Below are positions 51,881 to 64,000 of a stretch of 64,000 nucleotides of DNA, one piece after another. The notes below the pieces were generated by a model. That model was not told where the DNA came from. It was given only the letters and a program-made list of their open reading frames with translations, and did no database searches. A program made the position numbers and the translations under genes. The DNA lies in NCBI GenBank assembly GCA_009103225.1, contig RHPI01003508.1, positions 160,524-224,523 of the forward strand, given 5' to 3'. Numbering within the stretch: the stretch's first letter is position 1; each line of letters starts with the position of its first letter. This DNA comes from Chlorokybus atmophyticus. Taxonomy: Eukaryota; Plantae; Mesostigma and Chlorokybus algae.

Positions 51881-54854
51881 ATGAGGGATCTGGCGCTGCC
51901 TGGCCTGGTGCTGGCTGCCACTGGAGGAGGAGCACCAGGCCAGCATGGCCCAGGCCAGGCCGTCGCCGCTGCCATGGTCAACTGGTTACCGCACATTGAG
52001 ACGCACAACATCGGCGAGCTGCTCACCCTGCTCGCCATCGCCCTGGCGCTCGTTAGCTTCGGCGGCCTCATGTCCGGCCTCACTCTTGGCCTCCTCTCCC
52101 TGGATGATGTAAGCTCTCAGACAAGGTTTCCAGCTGCTTGTGTGCTCATTGTGTATGTGTGTATGTGGTGTGGTTGAGCGTGTGAGTTGTACATAGGTTG
52201 ATTTGGAGGTGGTGAGGAGGAGCGGGACGCCGATGGAGCAGAAGTACGCCGCCGCTGTGCTGCCGCTGGTGGAGCAGCAGCACCTGGTGGGTGGGTTTGA
52301 GGGTGGGTGCGTGTGTCTGTGGCTGGAACGCAGACACACACATACACATGGCATTTCAGCATACTTTACTCGCAATGCATGTCTCAGTTGTTAGCTGTTA
52401 CTTCACTTCTTTCACAATGTTGCATACAAGTATTCAGTCTGGGTGTGTTGTCATCCATGCTACGCAGGCTTGATGCTTGTTGCTGCTCTGTGATGATGAC
52501 ACAGGTGCTTTATAATTGCGTGGTTCACTGCGCATTTTTCATCCACGCATTCTACTATGTTTTCTTGTCATGTTGATGTGTGTCTGTCTCTCCTTTTGTG
52601 CAGCTGCTTGTCACTCTGCTGCTGTGCAATGCGGCTGCCATGGAGGCGCTGCCGCTGGTGTTGGACAGGATAGTGGATCCCGTCACGGCTGTCGTGCTGT
52701 CTGTCACACTCGTCCTCGTATTTGGAGAAGTCCTCCCTCAGGTATGAACATTGTCTTCCTTCAAACAGTATGTTGCTTCATGTGTGCTGTACGTGCGTGT
52801 CACATTCACACACGCAATTCACCAGCCACTAGACATTGTAACTCGTTTGTAACACCACACACCCCATTCTCACATGCATGCTTTCATCAAGTGCTGCTGC
52901 TAGTCAACGAGATTCACGTATAAGTATACCCAGTGATTGAAAGGTGATTGAAAAGTACACCTCAAATGGAAGAACTCGCACTCCGATCACGTGCAAACAT
53001 TGCGTGTTTCTTCACGCATGTTGTGGTGCCTTTGTGGCTATGACTTTGGTGTTGTACGTACATGTGACGATGACATATATACAACAAGATACACACATTC
53101 CAGCAACTTGACGGTGCACAACACCATTGCACCACTGGTACAGATGCATGCTTACCTACCAGGTGCTGCTAGCCAGCGACATCTGCGCATAAGCACAGCA
53201 GGTTAATGCATGTTCAACAGCGGTTGTAATGAGAAACCACAGGCGGTGTGTTCGAGGCACGGCATGGCGATCGGCGCGAAATCAGCGTGGCTGGTGCGCG
53301 TGCTCATGTTGGTCTGCTACCCCGTCGCATACCCCGTGGCCAAACTCCTCGATTGGATGCTTGGCGAGGATCATTCGGCCCTCTTCCGGCGATCCCAACT
53401 GAAGGTTAAAATTAGCGTGCATGTGTGTATGTGCGAGTGTGCTCAGGCTCATGCATGCGCGTGCACGTGTGTGTGTTTGCAAAACATAGATTAACTCTAT
53501 AACTGGCTTTCAGCAATTGATCCACCTTTTGTGGTGCAGGCCTTTGTCGATGTTCATGATGAGATTGCCGGTCACGGCGGGGAGCTTACCCACGACGAGG
53601 CGATGATCATTGGCGGGGTGCTCGGGATGATAGAGAAGAGTGTTCGAGCCATCATGACGCCCCTCGACAAGACTTTCATGCTCGCCGAAGATGCTGTACT
53701 CGACAGCGACACCCTTATCACTGTCATGCACAAGGTACTGCTTTGCTGCAGTCCATCCTTAAGTTGTGCAACATGGGTAAAGCTTTGTAGCGTTGGTCAT
53801 GATTATCGAGATGCTGAGTAGGCGCGCTTGACATTCTGAGACAGCACAGCATCGTGTGCGCATGCATGTGTATTTGCTCCACTTGAAACGTACTATCTTG
53901 CTGCAGGGGTTTTCGCGCATTCCGGTGCATGCAGCTGGCACGAGGGAGCGCATTATTGGATTGTTGCTTGTGAAGAACCTAATCATGGTGGATCCCAACA
54001 AGAGCCTGCCTCTGAAAGCCATACCTCTGCGCGATCTCCCCGTGTACGTCGACGGCACAGTCCATAAGTCATTGCATTAGATACACCCAGACTTTATCAC
54101 ATATCCTTTGTGTGCATGCAGGATTCGAGCCGACACGATGATGTCGGACATGCTGAACCACTTTAGAATAGGTAGGTCTCATTTGACAGCCGTTGTGGAG
54201 AACAACGAAGAGGGCGAAAAGGTCATTGGCGTGGTCACGCTTGAGGATGTCCTGCAGCAGATCCTGCAGGTAGTTTGTGTTAAAGTGCAGAGTGGTGGCA
54301 CAATGTGGACAATGCAATGGCATATGATGTAATGTGGGTCACTGTTAGGGTGAGATTGCTGATGAGACACCTGCCGAGCTTGCACGAGAGATGGAGTTCG
54401 TGAGAAGACAAGCGACGACTCACCGACTTGCGCAAGCGATATCCACCTTGCGTCACGGGCAGCCTGCCAGCCACGCGTAAGTTTCATCCATCTGCCTAAA
54501 ACTTGCAATGCTCAACACTCTTATCAGCATGCATAGCAACCTTATTGTGTCAACTCTACATCAACTTGTTCGTGGTTGTGTGCGCGCAGTGCGCACGTGT
54601 GGTTGCACAGAACGCTGACGTTGCCAAATGCCGCGAGGAGGGTTGCGAGCAGCACGGACAACAGGAGCCACTCGCCGGCGAAGGCTCGGGAGTCCGCCTC
54701 CGTGCCGGTGTCGCCGGTGGGTTCGCCGCAGAATGCGTACGAGACTGGCAACGGCGGTCATGAGCCTGTTTCGCCGGGGCCGCTGGCATCGACGTCGGCA
54801 AGCAAGATAAAGGCGGACAGCCGCACACCGCTGTTGCGTGGCGGGAGGTCGTGA
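51881..54854 (+). CDS. CNNM/DUF21 plus CBS-pair membrane protein; start 51881 or 51974
   Basis: FGGLMSGLTLGLLSLD, HLLLVTLLLCNAAAMEALP, FGEVLPQA, LFRRSQLK, IMTPL, GFSRIPV, GRSHL and GVVTLEDV..ILQGEIADET. Confidence 0.93.
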
Positions 54855-55639
54855 CGATAAGATTGGAGTGAAGCGTTGCTGCTGCGGGTGCATGCAAGCG
54901 GGTGGACAAGCAGCGCGTGCAGCGTGGGACCATAGCTGGTTGCTCGTCTGCTCAAGGCAAACTAGGCTGTCTTTGGGGATTCATACTGCGCTGCGCAGTT
55001 GCTAATCAAATGGCGGTGCCGCGCAGCTGTTACGGTGGCCTCGTGCTAAGACCTTGCGCGGGCTGATTGTGCGTCATTGGCGAAACCAACCAGACGGAGG
55101 TTTTTGCTCTTGATGCAGCGTGCATTTGGACATACTGGTCATGATGCAGTAGTACACAAGGTAGCGGTGCTTGTGTTCGTTTGGCCACATTGCCTGCACC
55201 ACTTCAAGTCAGCAAGTTGCTGAATGGGCTTTGCATATTGTGCGCATGTTGCTGTGATTGACATTTCGTTAAGGAAGCCCAAGGTAGATCTAAGGAGCCA
55301 TGTTGGCAAGCAGGCAGCACGGCTAGCACGGCTAGCACGGCACACAGACACCGGCAAGCAATTGCAACACTGCTGTGCCAACAAACGATTCAACTAGCAT
55401 GTGATAGGCAGAATGTGTAGGTAGAGTACCAAGGAATTTCTCCCATAGTGGGAAGTTGCAGCCGATAACTGAGCATTGTGCAGTTTGTCCACACCTACCA
55501 TATCAATAAGCCCTACCAACCACGCACTGCCATGCCACACCTCATTGCCAGCCAGCTGAGCATTGCCTGAGGTCCCTGTCATCAATGTTCACGTACCTCT
55601 TGCTTGGGGGTTGGGTCAAATCTTCCAACCTCGCATGCC

Positions 55640-60160
<4,521 letters not shown>

Positions 60161-60689
60161 TGTCACTCGATGTTGTGTATGATCGAAACATTATATTGTG
60201 TCGACAATGGAAACAAGTGCCATGCATGTTCAGTCGCATATCGCATCTCCATATGTGGTTGCCTCACAGACTGTGCAAACTTATGACAGATAAGTATCCA
60301 AATACGTACAAGTGATGAGAGCGACCAACTCCATGCAGATGTACACGCAACACAAGCACTGTTACTAGCAGACTGATGCAGCTTGTTTCACAGTACACTA
60401 AGCTGTCCTTGCAGCAACAACACCCATGATGAATGCTGCTCTTGTAATGAGAGCAGGTATGGGCCTGCTCTAGCCTGTATAGTTCCACGCAGCTCCAGAC
60501 TGGCCATCTAGGCAAGCACAAGACTTGTCCTGCAGACTGAAGCCACAACCTGACCCCCTGTCGCTTGCTGGTAATGTCTGGCCACAGTCAGTTCTAGACA
60601 CTTGTTGAAAGCTTGCTTGGACAGGCTACAGCTGATACACAACAAGTCAAGGGGTGTCACTACAACATCAGCCTTATCCAAAGGGAGTG

Positions 60690-63312
60690 TTACTGAGCTC
60701 GCTTAGCCTCGCTGTCCGAGTTCATGCCGAGCGCGTCCTGCGCCAATCTGAGCGCTTTGGCAGCTTCAAGCTGCTGGTGCGATAGCACTTGCGCCAGGCG
60801 CTCGCGATCTGAATCATCAAGGGGTCTGCATGTCAGGGCCACATTATGTTAGTACCAGCATGTTCCATAGCAACAGCTATGAGCCCCATATATGAGCCTC
60901 AGAGTATAAGACCCAGTTAGAGTAGAGCGCACCATCCAATTGTAATGCACAGGGGTGCTTGCACGAAAGTTGAGCACTCATGCCAATCCAGCAGTAGCAG
61001 GAAACCAACTGGAAATGCAGCAACGACAAGTCCAACATGCAGATGTGCATCCATTCCTTACACAGTACACGTGACAGCACCTGGGGACAGGGCGTAATGG
61101 CGGCGGGCGGCGGGCATCGTCCACGTTGACCACCTCAACCGGTTCTGATGGAGGAGCTCCCACATCAGCGTCCTCAGGGTAGTAAGGCTTATCGGGGTCA
61201 ATCCATCTTTCGGCAGTTCGCATCTCGCGCACCATCTTAGCCTCAATTTCATCAAGCTCTGCATCCTCTAGTTCCTCTATCAACTCTTCTGCCGTGGGCA
61301 ACCGTTCCTGCAATGGCAAGACATGATGAACTCAATGATGTCACAGCACAGGGTGTCGCAAGCAAACAACCTAACAACGGTGTCCACCATAGCAAAAACA
61401 ACTTGCATTACACCCTTCATAGAATGCAAGCAAGCCTACCTCGGACGCGAGCATCAAACCCTGCCGGGTGATGCGGAGAACCGGTCTGTCCATTGATTTG
61501 CCTGCACCGGGAACCTGGCACCGTGATAGGAGCCTCTTCGCGCCGTCAATCTCAAAAGTCTCGCCCGTGTCAAGCATGTAAGGATCCCAAGCTGCAACTT
61601 TGACCAGATATACCTGCAATTGCCACCTCGCAGCTGTTACTGGGCTCAAGGCCAAACTGCACATGCTGCAAGCTGCCACGCCGATGGCAAACAACTCCAG
61701 CATACCCTCAGCACATCCTCCACAAGTTGGACATAATTGATGTCCGACTCGCTGACTTTTGTGGTGCGCGCTGACCACTCAATTTCTTGATAATCCGCGG
61801 GCTGTACGACACATTGGCAATGAGCTCAAAGAGCAGCCCACAAATGCACATGCAATGACACAGTGGCAATGCTGCTGTTGAACGCTGTGCAAGGTGGTTC
61901 CAATGTGCCACTTCCACGTACCGTGCTTGGCATTCTGCCACTGACATGCGCAGCTGAGATGCGACCTGTTGCAGGGTGATGTACAAAAACCTATGCACAA
62001 TACAATGGAGCAAATCAGCAGCATGCAATCGGCTACTGGGGAATCAATGCTGACTTGCTTCAAACATGCTACGTGGGCATGCAAGATCAATTTCCCGAGC
62101 ATGAAACATAGCCCGACCATCGCACCGCAAGGTAATGTTGTACCTGTCGCAGATCTAGCTGGTCGTCCTCGCTCCTTCCAATTAGAAACTCACACTTGTC
62201 CAATGCTATTGTATGGTAATCCTCTCGCGGCCGCGGCAGACTGACAGACGGATCTGCAAATGAAGACGCGCAGATCAGTCACCCACTGACCAATGCAAGG
62301 CGTAACATCATCACGCCGGCTCTAGCCAAATGCACAGATTTGTGCCATGGCGCGCAACAGTACCATCGCCGATGAAGGTGGGTATGGCACTGGTCTCAAC
62401 CTCTTCGACCACTTCAGCGTCCACTTCTTCGCGGGAAGCGGGTCGTGGCACTTCAAGCATGCTTCCAGTTGCGGATGTCTCGGCATCTTCAGTGGCTGTG
62501 GGCTTCTCTTTCCGTGGCCTACCTCGCCTCTTGGGCTGCAAGAAAGTTGGCCTCAAGCTATGCTAAAAACATCTCTGGGCCAGCATGCATGCATGTCAAG
62601 TCAGCAGATAATGCAAGAGCCGTGTCTACGAGTGCTGTGATATATAGTAGCAGAGCACCACTTCAGATTGAGATCAAAGTAATCTACTGCTCTTAAAGTA
62701 GTATGAACACCCCAACACTTGAAGATGATCACGCAGCTTCCTGTTGAGATGCAAAGGCACCAATGCCGCTTGACAACCGCGCATGCAACTGGTCATCTTT
62801 ATAGAGACACAGCACATCTGGGCCGATCAAAACGCATCCATCCATGCATACGGCAATGGCCACTGTTGCAAATGGTTGCATGCAGACTGAATATGGCAAG
62901 CGCCAATGCAAAACTGCAGGTGCTGTATGTCTGTGAATTCCTGCACCAGCTATGCGCGGATAACAGTACTACGCAGAGCCGACCAGCCTTGCAGCTAATG
63001 ATCGCTTACCACACTTGCCTCCTGATTCTCTGCCACAATCTGTGCTCCTGCACCTGTACTGCATCTTGAGCGCCGGCATGTAGCTCGCTCCGTCAGCAGT
63101 GGCGAATTCCGCAGCACACAGCTGCCAACTGAACTTCCTCCTGCCAAGCCAGACGGAGCTGCTCCAGCAAACCCTGGCCTTGACCTGGTTTCGCCTCGAC
63201 CGGTTGGCGGCGGAGTTGCAGCTGTTAACGACGAAGGCACGCCACGCACAGTGCTGCTCGCACAACCGCAATATGCCATAAGCGCAGCTAAAGCCCTGTG
63301 TGCCGCATCCAC
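60690..63312 (-). CDS. Hypothetical multi-exon protein, probably plastid-targeted
   Basis: Transit-peptide-like first exon (MDAAHRALAAL..TCRRSRCST) and splice-bounded exons PKRRGRPRK.., QVASQLRMSVAECQARY, VYLVKVAAWDPY, ERLPTAEELIEELEDAEL and RPLDDSDRERL..RAQ*. Stop at 60690. Confidence 0.65.
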
Positions 63313-63529
63313 GGCAGTAGCCTCCCCTCACCAACCCCGGCAAGGACAACCCCGTCCACGCCGCCGCCACCGCCGCCGCCGCCGCCGCCTGCTAAACCGC
63401 TGTTAGGGTTTCACTCGTCAGAGCGAGCGTCAGTGCAATGCTGTTTTGAATTGATTAAATTTGCTGTCAGAGCATTGAGGTGTTTTGCTGGCGGCGGCGG
63501 CGGCGGTGGTGGTGGTGGTGCCGTGTCTA

Positions 63530-64000
63530 TGACGTTTCTCATGAGAAGATGCTGCTGGACATTAGGCCAGGCGCAAGGGTGGACAGACACAGTGGTTGGG
63601 AGCGTGATGAAGGTGGCGATGTGTTGACGAGAGCTGAGCAGTGGGTAGGTTATGGCTGTGCTAGTATAGCACTACAAATGGTCAGGAGAAACTGTCACAT
63701 GCAGTCTCATTTCACCACCCACTCGCTTGCATGCGCGTACCCACCAGCACCTTTGTGAGGCCGCGCCCTTGTCTTGCGCTGGGATGTTCCTGTCTTTTCT
63801 ATTTACTGTGTTGCTGTTTACAGACGTGATATGGACACCCCCAGCAACAAACGCATTGCCGCAGTGGTCCGAGCGCCGACTGCAAGCCGCCCTGACTCCA
63901 GTGAAGGTATCAATTAAATCAAAGGGGGAAACATTCAGCCCACATGGTCAGTATCAACAAACAGTGTGTTTGTGATATGTCTTTGCGTGTCAAAGCCCCC
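63530..64000 (+). CDS. Possible 5' exons of a gene running off the window
   Basis: Exon-like ..LLDIRPGARVDRHSGWERDEGGDVLTRAEQ followed by GT and a later CAG-bounded segment. No recognisable domain. Confidence 0.25.

Overview
Eukaryotic nuclear DNA, most likely from a chlorophyte green alga (inference from short GT-AG introns, an RWP-RK gene, plastid-type transit peptides, chromoviral LTR elements and a Penelope-like element). The first ~21 kb is repeat-derived. It holds a tRNA-like remnant, (GA)n, tandem duplications, an unusual pair of flip/flop hairpins, and an AT-richer island carrying two degenerate full-length Ty3/gypsy chromoviruses of one family (6654-12560, 12812-~19616). Both elements have an extra methyltransferase-like domain between the Gag zinc knuckle and the protease. 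The remaining ~43 kb is gene-rich with spliced genes: an orphan secreted protein, a U-box/ARM E3 ligase, an FSH1 serine hydrolase, a NIT2-like RWP-RK factor, RAD51C, a glyoxalase/VOC protein, a CNNM/DUF21-CBS protein and an unidentified probable plastid protein. These are interspersed with a decayed Penelope-like RT, long GA/CT microsatellites and a decayed intragenic duplication. Exon boundaries were read by eye and no database searches were run. Repeat lengths next to N characters are unreliable.
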